Source: Vicugna vicugna
Lineage: Eukaryota
NCBI GenBank assembly: GCA_013265495.1
Contig: MU057880.1
Location: forward strand, 2,138,527-2,202,526
Direction of reading: 5' to 3'
DNA: 64,000 bases
Below, piece by piece: positions 26,544 through 38,367 of the stretch (within the stretch, counting starts at the first letter, position 1; each line of letters opens with the position of its first letter). The notes beneath the pieces are model-generated. The model had not been told where the DNA came from and searched no databases. It was given only the letters and a program-made list of their open reading frames with translations. Position numbers and translations under genes: made by a program.

Positions 26544-27676
26544 GTGTGGCTCTGGGAAAATTAATTCTCCATTTCTCTGTGATCACCGGGGGAAACTCCA
26601 ACTTTCCTCCAGGGGCTGGTGGGAAGATGAAATCTAATCTAAGGCAACTAATCTAAATCTAAGGCATCTAATAGCTCCTGGGACGTGACAGGTGCCTCAA
26701 AAAGTAAATTTGAACATGAATGACTGTCCCCTCCATTTATTTTCCCTGGTTGGCATTTGTTTAATTATAAATCCTTCTGAGCTGTCAGCAGGAGAAAAAC
26801 TGTTTTTTACCCTCTTAATGTCCTGGAGGACGTGTAAAAGACAATTCAGGTGATGAGGAAGGAGAAAAGGTGGTCCAGGAAGATGGGGAATGCATCAGAG
26901 AAATTTGCGCCAATAGAAATAAAACTGGAAGAAGAAAGTGATGCCTTAGGATGTTGTAGGGCTGTTTTCGGACAGAAGAGAGCAAGTCCTTTTCTTCCTA
27001 TAAAGATGGCAGATGGCGGACAGTCATAATCACAGAAGAAAAGGACTTGAAAATCCCTTGAACTGTCTTGAACTTCAAAAGCAGCTGAGGCTACTTTAAT
27101 GGCAGATGAGTGAAGCTCTATTTTCCTTTCTGCTAACCAACTAGACTTCTTTAACGTCTGCTGAGTAGTGGACTGGGGCCACGCACTTCTTTTACAAAGG
27201 CTGGTAGCCAAGGGAAGGATCACGTTTGACACAATGATCACAAAGTGAAAGGGTCCTTCTCCCAGGACCTTTGAAAGGAGAGGGTCAGTATCCAAGAAAG
27301 GAAGATCTGTAGCTGCGTCTTGACCTCTTGACTACGATTTGTCATGACACGGACAAAAGCCTTCCTATCCTACACGTGATTTCCGGGGAGAGAAAAATGG
27401 CATCTTAGAGACGGGAGGATGCAACCAAACGCAGTGCTGGTGGCTGTCCACATTTTAGGGGATGCCCCTTGCTCTCAGGGCTGTACAGATGTCACCAGGG
27501 GGACTCTACGGGACTGCAGGACACTGGACTTCCGTTCTTGGCTGGCAGCAATGTCACTTTCTTATTATTTACAACTCACCGATGTGCTACAGCTATTTTT
27601 CTTGACCTTGGGACCACACTGGCCCCTTTTGTTGTTGTTCCCATGATATCAAACACATATTAAAAATTAAAATGTG

Positions 27677-27850
27677 TACAACAAATTTCTTCTGTATAGA
27701 TTTAATATCTTGTAGTGACCTATAATGAAAAAGAAAATGAAAAGGAACCTATGTGTGTACACGTATGACTGAAACATGACGCTGTACACCAGAAATTGAC
27801 ACAACATTGGAAACTGACTCTACTTCAATAAAAATGAAAAAGTAAATACG
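27677..27850 (+). mobile_element. L1 3' UTR end
   Basis: Same L1 end; 16-bp TSD taaaaattRaaatgWg at 27661 and 27851. Confidence 0.88.
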
Positions 27851-29163
27851 TAAAAATTGAAATGAGGATACCCACACATAATTTGTTCAGTTTCCCCAAA
27901 TTCAGTAAAATTCCCGAGACTCGCCTTGGTCAGGGATTTCCCAGCTCTTCTTCCTCTTTTTTTTGGTTCTCAGTAGAACTCGTCTTTCCAAACTGTAATA
28001 ACAGATAAAAGAGAGCTACCTTGATGGGACGAATGTAGGGAGAAGTGCACGTTCAACATCTCTTGCTGGCCTCCAAGGCGCCTTCGAGTTGAGCCTCTGG
28101 AACGTGTTCCGTGCGCGCATTGTCACGGCGGCACCATTACGTTGGTAAAGCCTCCCCATCACTGTCTGTGGTAGCTCAGAGAATGGAAGAATTCCAAAGC
28201 CATGAGAGGAGTGAGGCAGACTCCAGGGCAAATCTCTCCTGTAAAGAAGAGGAGCAGAGAGGATTTTGAGGTCAAGTTTGTGCTGTCTGTTAGCAGTAAA
28301 GTCGGACCAAGTCCCCAGTCTCCAGTCTCCCGGTGAAATCAGCTTTTGTTCGCTGATCCAAGGTCACCAGGGCACCTCTTTATTTGAGGCTATTTCAGAC
28401 GGCCTACTCCCTCCGACTTCTGAGTCAGACAAGACCTTCTGAGATTTCAAAAAGAAATCTTGCATACTCAGCTGTGATTTCCCAAAGGAAAAAGCAGCTT
28501 CACTTTGATGGGGACAGCCACAGAGGGCCACCTGAAGGCTAGTCCTTGCCACCCATTTCTTTCGGCCACTCACCTCTAACATTCCATCTCCCAACTCCCC
28601 TTCCCTGAAAGAGTCAAAATGAGAAAGTACACCTGCTCCTTTTGAGAGCAAGGCCTTAACACAACCCTCGACCACTGGCCTCAGCAAGCAAGCCTTTCTC
28701 GGTTAGTTGGCAGTTGCTACACTGGGAGGTAGAAGGTGACTGATCTAGATAAACAAGGTAGAAGGAAAAGTGTGTTGTATTATTAGTTTTTTTGGTTGGG
28801 AAAACAGAGTATTAATATGACCTGAGGTACTGAGACATAGCAAGGCTGTGTGTTTCTCAGGGCAGAGACAGTGGAGAGAGAAAAGTATGCTCTAAGAGAT
28901 TATTGCATTTCCTTTTTCCCCCTTGAGCAGTCTTTCTGTCCTGCTGAGGTGTCGGCATTTGCTGTGCTCACTAATGACACCCCCAGCTCCCAGCCTCACC
29001 AAAGTGAGTGGAGAAGTTTTGCTCAGTAGCCATTCTAGACACACAGTGGACATTTAGGTGGGTCATAGCTCTCTGCACAGAAGAGAAACTCAAACTCCAT
29101 TACCTGCCACTACAATACTGAAAAGTTCTGGGAAAAGTCTTAACTAATTTTGCATGCATATCT

Positions 29164-29167
<4 letters not shown>

Positions 29168-29195
<28 letters not shown>
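29168..29195. repeat. (TG)n microsatellite
   Basis: About 14 uninterrupted TG units. Confidence 0.95.
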
Positions 29196-31915
29196 TGAAT
29201 CAGAAGAGTGAGCAAGAAAACTTCTAACATTTGATTTTCTGAGAAAAAGTCAGGCCCCATGGTTCCTGCCCTACTGGGTGTTAAGTGATTAATTGAATGA
29301 AGAATTGGCTTTAAATCTTATTTCACTTCAAAAAAAACTTTTTTTAGGAGTGACACCCACCCTCCTTCTCCCAAATTATCATGGTTAATACCCAAGTACA
29401 CTCTAGCATGTCCCTCAGCAGGGCTTTGCAGGTAGCTCTCTGCAGGCATCCAGCCGGAGTGGGCGCTCCCTCCTAAGGTTTAAGAAAACATGAAAACCAC
29501 AAAGAATGCTCGCAATTATGTTCTCCTGGTTGGTGGAACAGATGCTTTTCCTCAAGGAAAATGCTTTAGGCCAAAACAAAGCCACATTCATTCAAAATGT
29601 CTTGTTTAGTAGTTGCGTGGAGTCTGGATTATATAAAATTTACTTTCGATGCAAGGATCTCACTTTCTTAGGAAGGGTTTATGAGCAAAATGGAGCAGGG
29701 AGACACGCAGAGGACACCGTGCTGAAAGAATCAACTATGCCAAGGGGGAGGGCCGTTCGAGAGACAACAGTGCGGGTCCCCTGGAAGGAAACAAGGCAAC
29801 CTCGATGCAGTTTGGTCTGGGGGGGTCACTCGGGAGCACCTGGCTGGCTTCAGTTATAAGGCACATGTCAAATCAATCTGTAGAATGTGGATGAGGTGAA
29901 AGGCAGAGGTGAGGTATTATGCTAGATCATCTGTAACTTTTCAAATGCAACCTTCACGCTGAAATTCCAGGGAGAATGTAAGTGACTCCAATAAAGAAAC
30001 CTGTCAGTCAGTCAGGAGTGTTCATTTATTGTACCCCTGGGCCAGGCACTGCTCTGGCCAAAATGAAATGATACGGAATAAAGAGTAGTCATCACCCTGC
30101 CAATCTTGTGAGAGCAAATGGATTAAATCTGCAGCCACACACACACACTCACTCTCTCTCGGTAGGTGGCCAAGAAACATCTCGATGAGAAAATTAAACT
30201 TGCAAAGTTAAAAAGACTGAGGAGTAATGAGTTTTATTACAAATAGATGAAAATGTGCTCAGAAAGCATGTCTTCTAGATGACAAGTCTCATGCTACCAG
30301 AACCGGGAACCCTAACCCTCTCTGCCCCACATCTACAAGACCTTTTGGGAACATATTTATTGTGCCTATACGGATTCACACTGGTGTTGAGCTGCTGCTG
30401 AAGTGAATGAAATGACAATGCTTGTGTCTGCTACACTGTAAATCCTCGAGCGTCAAAGACTGGGCCTGATTTATGGGCCCTCATATCCTGCAGTTTGAGG
30501 ACAGAAGGCGGAAAGGAGTAAGAATGAAGGGATGGGATGGGTGACTCAAGGGTTCACGGAGGAGCTGAGCTGAGGAGAACCTTAAAAGGGAAAAAAAAGG
30601 AAGAGGACAAGGACGTCACAAGTTGGTTGGTCTCAGTGGGCGTCCAAGCACAGGAAGAGGGCCTGACCCTTTCGCCAGACCGAGGAAGGGTGGGCCCTGG
30701 TCTGGTCCACTAACAGGATGCCTCAGTCTGAGCACCCCTGGACCCCTTTTCTGGGCAGCTCTCCTCAATACTCACAGATGGCCTCGCAAGGCCAGGAAGG
30801 GCAGCTCCTTACAGTCGAGACTCCACCCTGACTCCAGCCCACACCTTAAGGCTCCGTCCTTCCCCCAACCTGTACTGGGCACCGGACCTGGTCTGATCTG
30901 CATTGACCGGCTGACCAAAGCTCGCTCTGCTTTGCTCTGCGTGGCCCTCGCTTGCTGTAAATTTGAGGCGGGCCAACTTGTAGGCAGGCTTCTCGGGGAC
31001 AGAGACTTTGGTCCCTGTGCACTACTCCGGCCCCAGTTCCCAGAACACTGCCTGACCCAGGAGGCAGTCAAGTCAATGCGGTGTTCCCTGAATGAATGCA
31101 CGACGTGGTTATCATTTTGGCCTTATGTCTTGACTTCTGCTTTTTCCACTCCCTGCTCGGGAGAGCTGGAAAGCGGAGGGGAATCCTTGCCTTCCAGTTT
31201 CCCGTATTCCTTCAGGCCAGAAATCCGGCCCAAGGGCCCCGCGCCAGCGCTTTGGGGATGGAGATGCCCTCGGGAGGGAAGGAGCAGCCCGGGCGAGGCG
31301 GGCGTGGGGCCGGGGGGTAGAGAGGCAGGAAGTTCTTCCCACTTCTTCCGACCTCCGCGGTCCCCGCAGCACCACGCGTGCTCTGCATCCCGCGCCAGGG
31401 CGTCCCGGGAGGGTAGCCCGCGCCGCACCCCCCCGGGGCCCCTCGTACCCAGGCCGCGCCGGCACCTGCCGACGGGCGGTAGACCGCCCAGGCGGGCGCG
31501 CAGGCCCCGGCCTCCCCTCCCCCCTCCCTCCTCCCCCCCCTCCCCGCGGGCGGCGGCGCCCCGCCTGGCCCGGCCCCCGGCCCCCTCCTCCCCGCGGCCC
31601 GGACGGTGGGGAAGGGGAGGGGACAGCCGAGCCCCGGCGCTCGGCCTGCTCTCCGCCCGGGGCCGATCGGCCGCGAGGCCCAAGGCGCGGGGGAGGGGAC
31701 GCTGAGCAGGGCCCCACGCACCCGGAGCCCGACCTCCCGGCGGCGCGGAGCGGGTTCGCGCCCGGAGCGGGGAGCCGGGTCGCGGAGCCCGTCCAGGTGC
31801 CGGGAGCCGCGCAGCTCGGGGCGGGAGAGGGACCCACGGCCTCCCCGCGCCTGGCACCCCCGGCCCGGCTGGGACCCCCGGCCCCGGCGCCGCGCCCGCG
31901 TCTCCCCTCCCCCTC

Positions 31916-31942
31916 GGGGTGGGGGCGGGGCGGGAGCGGGGG
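31916..31942 (+). promoter_or_regulatory. Overlapping Sp1/EGR1-type GC boxes with G-quadruplex-forming potential
   Basis: ggggtgggggcggggcgggagcggggg contains GGGGCGGGGC and GTGGGGGCG plus five G-runs of 3 or more, directly before the inferred leader. Confidence 0.7.
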
Positions 31943-31944
31943 CC

Positions 31945-32271
31945 GCGGAGCCGCATCGATCGCCGCTTTGTTATCGATCGGAGAGCGCCCGCCGCCGCCT
32001 GGGCTTCCGGGCGGCTCCGCGCGACCCTCGACTGGTCGCCGCTTCGGGCATCCAGGTTTTGCTTTGATCCCTTTCACAAACTGGAGGCGCACAAGCGGGC
32101 CCTCGGAGAAAGTCTCGGAGGCGATTATGTGGAAACTACCCCGCGAGCCCCTGCGGCCCGAGCAGGCGCGGCGCGTCCAGCCCGGCGCGGCCCTCCCCCG
32201 GCGGCGCTGAGCCCGACCCGGAGCCCGGCTTCCCCAGTGCCCGCCGAGAGCGCGCTCGCCCGCCCAGCCCA
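31945..32271 (+). other. PDGFC: PDGFC 5' UTR part of exon 1 (start approximate)
   Basis: Blocks gagccgcatc..ctttgttat, tccaggttttgctttgatcc and gattatgtggaaactaccc match my recollection of the human PDGFC mRNA leader. The true TSS cannot be read from sequence. Confidence 0.7.
32127..32210 (+). CDS. Upstream ORF in PDGFC 5' UTR, 27 aa (MWKLPREPLRPEQARRVQPGAALPRRR)
   Basis: ATG at 32127 (attATGt, A at -3), TGA ending at 32210, 61 nt before the main ATG. Translation is inferred, not shown. Confidence 0.55.
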   Translation: MWKLPREPLRPEQARRVQPGAALPRRR

Positions 32272-32389
32272 ATGCTCCTCCTCGGGCTTCTCCTGCTGAC
32301 ATCCGCCCTGGCCGGCCAGAGACCCGGGACTCGGGCTGAGTCCCACCTGAGCAGTAAACTCCAGCTCTCCGGCACCAAGGAGCAGAACG
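32272..32389 (+). CDS. PDGFC: Platelet-derived growth factor C, coding exon 1 (signal peptide and N-terminus; 118 bp, phase-1 intron follows)
   Basis: Translates MLLLGLLLLTSALAGQRPGTRAESHLSSKLQLSGTKEQN(G), which closely matches the remembered mammalian PDGF-C N-terminus. It ends at a canonical donor AACG|GTGAGT (GT at 32390) and lies in a CpG island. Confidence 0.96.
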
Positions 32390-34610
32390 GTGAGTCCCCC
32401 GGCCCCGGTCCCGCCGCCCCGGGAGGCCGCCTCGTGCGCCCGTGCGGGATGCGGGAGGGTCCCCTCGCCCACCCGCCCCCCTGGGCACCGACGTGGGGAG
32501 GGTCCGCGGCGTCTGCAAGTTCGGAAGCGGCCGCCGGACTCCGGCCGGGTGACCCGAGGGCCACCGCAGGCGCAGCGGGAGAGGGGACACTCTGGGGGCG
32601 GTGGGGGACGTCAGCCCTAACGCGCCTTGCAGGACCTCTCCTTGCCAGAGTTCTAAGTTCAAGAAGTGCCTCTAAAAAGGAGTCCAAAATGAATGAGTCT
32701 TGGCATGTTTGACTTTTCTCAGCTTTTTTCTATTGGAGTTGCCGAGACATGTATCAGCCTCATTAATTGAAGCGCTCGCAGTGGAAAGCCATCAGTTAAT
32801 CAGTAAGTAGACAGGAAATAAGAGGTCAAGAGGCTGTGTGGACATTTTCAGGGGGAATTAAAACATGGATTTCTCTTTTGCCCAATTTTTTTTCTTTTCT
32901 TTTCTTTCTTTTTTTAATGCGCCTTTGTACTCTGACGCCCTCACCTTTTTGGTGGTGTGTTTTTCTGTGTGATGGTGAGTGACTGCTATTTTGTGTGTGC
33001 TGGAAACGACTTAATCCTGCCGAGGAAATGAGAATTACTTTCAGCTTTCAAGTGTACCTGAAATGTTTAGAAAACTCTCAGATGCAAGTTTTCTTGGGCT
33101 GGGATTGCGGGGAGCTGGAGAAAGGCTCCTTTCATAAAGCCATGGCTGCTTCAGGGTGTGTAATTTGCTTAGCCTCTGAACCCCATATGATTTACATCAT
33201 TCAATTTCTAAACTCTTTTCCTCTTGATCTCCCATTATGAAGTCATTTTTTGAGACTGTTTTGTAAATAGAAATCTTATCCTGCCTGTGAAACCACCATG
33301 TTAATGTAGGCTGTCTAAAATTAGATTATTAAACACCCTGTTTACCAGAGGTGGCTCTCAGTGTTATTTGAAGAGAAATGTATATGTTTTTTTACTGCTT
33401 TGTATGCCATCTATTGGGAATGCCAGCATGCTGTCCCTTCGTTATCCAGGCGAAATGAACGCAAGTGGCATAATTAGGAAATCAGATCGGTGTGTAGGGT
33501 TTTTAAGTCACAGCAACTTTATGTTTTGGGGGAGTTTCAGAGCTTCAGCTTTGAACGTAAACTCTCTAAAGTGTTCATCTTTAAGAAAGTGCAGAAAGTT
33601 CTAGAGTACAAAAAACAGATACCATAAGGATTCCTGGGACCTTGTTGGACAGTTTGCATTTGCGGGATGTGCAGCAGGACCGGGTTTAAAACCCAGTGTG
33701 CACGCGGTTGCTGCCTACAGCTTGCTGGGTGGGACAGCCCGGGGCACCTGCACGGGTGGGTCTCCAGCCATGGGAGCTGCGGAGGGCTGGGGGCAGTGAT
33801 CCCAGCAGCCCCCGCCCCAGGTGGACCCTGGCAGGAAACGGCCCAACCCACCTTTGTGCTTTCTCCTTTGAAAAAAAATATGCGGCTCAAAATACCACTT
33901 CTTACCGGACCAGCTGTTCCACAGTGGCCATGCGCGCCCTCCCTGGCTTCTGTCTTCTGTTTTTGACTTTTTCTGTCCTAAGTCCTTTCTCCTGCAGCTC
34001 TGACTCATCGGCCCTCATCTTCCTGATTACCTGTGCGACTTGAGCCAGTCCTCGCCCTGACCTTGTCCCTGTTTCTTGTGATACACGTGCATCATCACCT
34101 CCGCCTGGGCTCCCGGACTTCCCCAGGGTCCTTGTGGGCGGGGGACGCTCACACCCTCCCAGAGGTGGGTCCAGGAAGCCAGGCACACACTGTCCGTTGC
34201 CTTCTGGGGCCCAGCCATTTCCATTCCCAAGATGCATGCTGCTAAAAATAGCCGTTTATTTCTGAATGGGCGTGCGAGGATGAGGCTCTGTTTTGTGCTT
34301 GTAGGGTGGGCAGCCGGAAGTCCCTGGAGGCCGAGGCCCTGCCCGCACCTTGTCCCCTCCAGCCTGGAGCCGCGGGGCCGGCCAGCACCAGGGGGCAGTG
34401 TGGAGCTGTCTCCCTGCACAGGCTCAGAGTGATTTGCGGGGGATCTTAGGATTCCTGGGTCCGTGAGTGGAGTTTAGCAGGTGAACGCTAAAGGAGGGCC
34501 CCCTGGAATGTCCACAGATTTGCTGCAACTTCTGTTTTTGTGGCTTTCACGTTTTCCACTCCCTCATGTGGGTATTTTTGGCCATCCGCTTGAATTATGG
34601 TTGATTTAAA

Positions 34611-35010
34611 ATTTTTTTTTTTTTTAAGTGAAGTGTAGTTGATTTACAATGCTAGGTTCAGGTGTACAGCAAAACGACTCAGTTATTTTTTTTAATGTAT
34701 TTATTTATTTTGTTTTTTGGGGGGAGGTAATTAGATTTATTTGTTTATTTGTTTATTTATAGAGGAGGTACTGGGGATAGAACCCAGGACCTCATGCATG
34801 CTAAGCATGTGCTCTTACCACTTGAACTATACCCTCCCTCCAAAATGACTCAATTACACATATACATACATACATATATATATTTCCAGATTCTTTTCCA
34901 TTATAGGTTATTAGGAGATAGTGAATGCAGTTCCCTGTGCTATGCAGTAAGTCCTTGTTGTTTACCTGTTTTGTGAACAGCATTGTGTATCTGTGAATCC
35001 CAGACTCCAA
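34611..35010 (-). mobile_element. L1 3' UTR end interrupted by a SINE
   Basis: Poly-T then gaagtgtagttgatttacaatg; resumes after the SINE with ttccctgtgctatgcagtaagtccttgttg. Confidence 0.88.
34686..34840 (-). mobile_element. Vic-1-like SINE nested in L1
   Basis: 16-bp TSD caaaaYgactcaRtta at 34670-34685 and 34841-34856. Confidence 0.92.
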
Positions 35011-35859
35011 CCAGTTTTTGAGTGCCTGCTTGCTCTTCTCAGTTTAGATGACTGTCTGACTCTGTAAGTGCCCGCCCACCTGAGGAGGCCACACAGAAAA
35101 TGCCATCAGCCCAGTTTGCACACTGCATCCTTTTGTGAAAGGTCTTCCCGGTGCTAAATAGGAAATGTCCAGATTCATCTGTCCTGACTGTGGGAGCTCC
35201 TCCTGGCGTTCAGCCGCCCCTCCCCAGTGGTAGTCTCTTACCTTGAAGACCCCCAGGCCCCCTGCTGTGCTGAGCGGGTCAGACCCCCCAGGCCTGCTCA
35301 GTGTCCTGGGCGTCCTGGGACGTGGTTATCGGTGGACATCGATTGCTGTCGTCAGTGCCAGGGGCTGGGGTTGAGGCTGGGACAGGTGCAGGCGCTTCAC
35401 AGTTAGGTTTGAGGGCTCAGTCTCCTTTACCCTGTTACTAGTTACTTGGTTGTTTACTTAAAACCCTGCTGCAATTCTTGCCTCTTGACTGTAAACGTAA
35501 TTGCATCCTCCAGTATTTTAAGTGGCCTTTGTGTCTTTCATCCTGAACCTGACTACTCACAATGAAGTCTCACCTATCACCCCAGGGTCTCCACCCAGAT
35601 TTAACTCAAAAGAGGGAGGGAGAAGGTAAGAACCCTGACTTAGGTGGGGCTTCTGGCCTGGCCTCCCTGTGAGAGCAGAGGGAAAATGACCGCATCTGTG
35701 TGCGCTCGTTTTAGAAGAGAATGCCCAGCACGGAGGGGGTCAGCCCTGGGGTGGTGCTGCAGGGAAGGGGCCACGTCCATCAAAAATGGAACAAACCCTA
35801 GGAGACACCAGGCACAGCGTTGTTGCTGGAATAAGGTCTCTTGTCATTGGAGAGGGAGT

Positions 35860-36018
35860 TTTTTATTTTATTTTATTTGAAAACGCTTTTTGTTTGTTTT
35901 AGAGGGACGTGATTAGGTTTATTTATTTATTTGCTTATTTAGTGGAGGTACTGGGAATTGAACCCAGGACCTTGTGCATGCTCAGCAGGCTCTGTACCGC
36001 TGAGCTGTACCTTCCCCC
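35860..36018 (-). mobile_element. tRNA-derived SINE (Vic-1-like)
   Basis: tggaggtactgggaattgaacccaggaccttgtgcatgc..tgagctgtaccttccccc. Confidence 0.88.
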
Positions 36019-36140
36019 AGCCAGGAGGGGGATTCTGATTCACCTTTTGACCTGAAACAAGCCTCCTTCTGTTCTCTTCTCTTCCCACTCCGAGGACAGC
36101 TTTGGGACATGCCCTGCTTGGGCTATCCCTGTGAACCTCA

Positions 36141-36345
36141 TTTTTAAAAAAACCGAAGTGTAGTCACTGTACAATGTGATGCGAGTTGCAGGTGCACAAC
36201 ATAATGATGCACAGTTTTTAAAGGCTGTACTCCATCTATGGTTATTATAAAGTATCAGCTGCAGCCCCTGTGTGGTGCGAGCCATCTTTGTGTTTCATGC
36301 ATAATACTTTGTACCTCTTACTCCCCTCCCCCCAGTCCCTCCTTC
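36141..36345 (-). mobile_element. L1 3' end of a different (older) subfamily
   Basis: gaagtgtagtcactgtacaatg..ggtgcacaacataatgatgcacagtttttaaagg..ggttattataaa. Confidence 0.75.
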
Positions 36346-37313
36346 CTCTCATCCCCCCACTGAGCGTCATTTATTGTTCCTGCTCTTTATCTCCAGGACT
36401 CTTGTGGCCTGTGGGGCCGTTTACTCTGGGGACAAGTGGCCCCCTCGCAACCCCTTGCCAAGGACACAGTCTTGTGTGCATGGCTCTCCTGTCTGTCTTT
36501 CTCCTCCTCCTCCTCCTGCTGCCAGTCCACTCCCCATCCCCCTTTTTAGGTGGTGGCTTCAGAGCAGATCGTCACAACCTTTAGAACAGTGTCCCTGAGT
36601 GAGAAGGCTCTGCCCGAGGGCCACAGGGGCTTTCCTGCCAGCTCGTCTGTCAGCTGTAGTGCGTGACCTTTGTGACATAGATTTTTGTTTTTTAGACACT
36701 TCTTTTTATTTAACTTCCCCCTGGTTCTTTGCTTGGGACAGTTGAGGAAGTGGAAGCAGTGAAGAACCATTATGTAATGATGATGTTGTTTTTCACACTG
36801 GGTCACAGAATTCCCCCTTCTATTTTACAGTAACTGTTCCCCCACTGCCCACTGTCATCTTGTACACTTAATGTGCCATCCTTGGTGTTTACCTCTAAGA
36901 ACAGATCAGAAAGCACAAAGGTTGTAAGACACTTCAGGGCCGAGTGTCTCGTTTGTTAAATGGCTGTAAGTAGATGCTGGGGTCCAACCCGAGACCCGGA
37001 CCTTGCTCCTGGGCGCGTTTGGTAGCGCCGTGCCGCGGGCACTGCGATCTAGCTGTGTCTGCTCTTGTGCCATCCTTCCTGAAATGTGTTTCCTGCATAT
37101 CTTCTTCACAGCCTCTGCCAGTTCATGTTTTTCAGTCTTTGGCCCGCTAGAATTCCGTTTTGTCCGTGAACTTGCACAGTTTTGGTAGAAACAGCATTCA
37201 GATGACGATGTGATGATGTGTGTTAAATAAATAATAATTGAATCAATGCATTCATAATGTCCACAACCACCGCCCCCCCAATGTGTCCAAGACTCCTAGA
37301 CCTTTCCCCACAG

Positions 37314-37618
37314 TTTATTTATTTTTTATTTTTTTAACTGAAGTATCGTCAGTTTGCAATGTTGTGTCAGTTTCTGGTGCACAGCATCATGGTTCAGTCA
37401 TACGTATGCATACATATATTCCTTTCATATTCTTTTTCATTATAGGTGACTACAAGGTATTGAATATAGTTCCCTGATTGAATATATATTGAATATATTC
37501 AATATATATTGAATATTGAATATATTGAATGGTACATTAGGACTTTGCTGTTTATCTGTTTTTGATATAGTAGTTAATATTTGCTAATCCCAAATCCCCA
37601 ATTTATCCCTCCACCCCT
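37314..37618 (-). mobile_element. L1 3' UTR end with an internal AT-rich insertion
   Basis: gaagtatcgtcagtttgcaatgttgtgtc..caaggtattgaatatagttccctg..ctaatcccaaatccccaatttatccctcc. Confidence 0.9.
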
Positions 37619-38367
37619 ATAGGTTTTTATTGATATCAGCCCAGATAGGAGAAGTCATAATAAAAGTCCATCGATTTACTTAGTCTAATTTTGCTGTCTC
37701 TGATGGTTTTGAAAGCATGATACTAAGCCAGCATATGTCTGTCTAATGCTGGGTAATGTCTGTGTAACTCGTTGGTTAAACAGCCTCTGTGAATTATTTT
37801 TCCCCACCCCTGCCTCCAACTGTGATATTTTTCCCCCCACATCTCCCTTGTCTGTCCCTAGAGCACCTGCCTCGTGGCTGATTTTCAGTTGTCATGCACT
37901 GGTACCACCACGTTGGTCATTAAAGCATCAGAACATTCCCAGGGGATCGGGAAGGAGCCTGGCTGTTCCTCTGGGACAAATGGACCATCTCTGAACCTGA
38001 AACTGGGCGTTGATGCCTGGCAGGCTCAGGACACCTGGGACGCTCCGGCAACCCTGCTGGCCTCCTTCCCGACTGACCGTGCACCTGCCACCCTGATGGT
38101 CAAAGATTTTGACACTTTGAGCTACGGACGATTTAGTTCATATGGGGATTAAAACTATCCTCCTCTTCTCCCCACTGCTTGGTACTCAGGCCTGACCCAC
38201 CTGCTGCTTGAAGGTCCTGGAGGAAGAAAGCGACTGGCCCTGAGCCAGCCTTCTGCCTGTGGCCTCTCAGCATGGGGGCCTGGGAGGCGAGAGCGAGGTC
38301 CTGGCACACGGGGCCTGGGTAGCACCTGCTGTCATCAGGATTAAATAGACCATCCTTTCTGTGTGGT

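Larger units (their letters stand above)
31200..32640. promoter_or_regulatory. CpG island / TATA-less promoter of PDGFC
   Basis: About 1.4 kb of very GC- and CpG-rich sequence spanning exon 1, with multiple GC boxes. Confidence 0.92.

Noticed and set aside
30623..32687. Long overlapping ORFs (360, 516, 277, 183 aa) on both strands
   Set aside because: Pro/Arg/Gly/Ala-rich products are expected from stop-codon scarcity in a very GC-rich CpG island; no recognisable domain.
32390..32712. Extension of the PDGFC ORF to 146 aa
   Set aside because: This is read-through past the canonical splice donor at 32390; similarity to PDGF-C stops at the donor.
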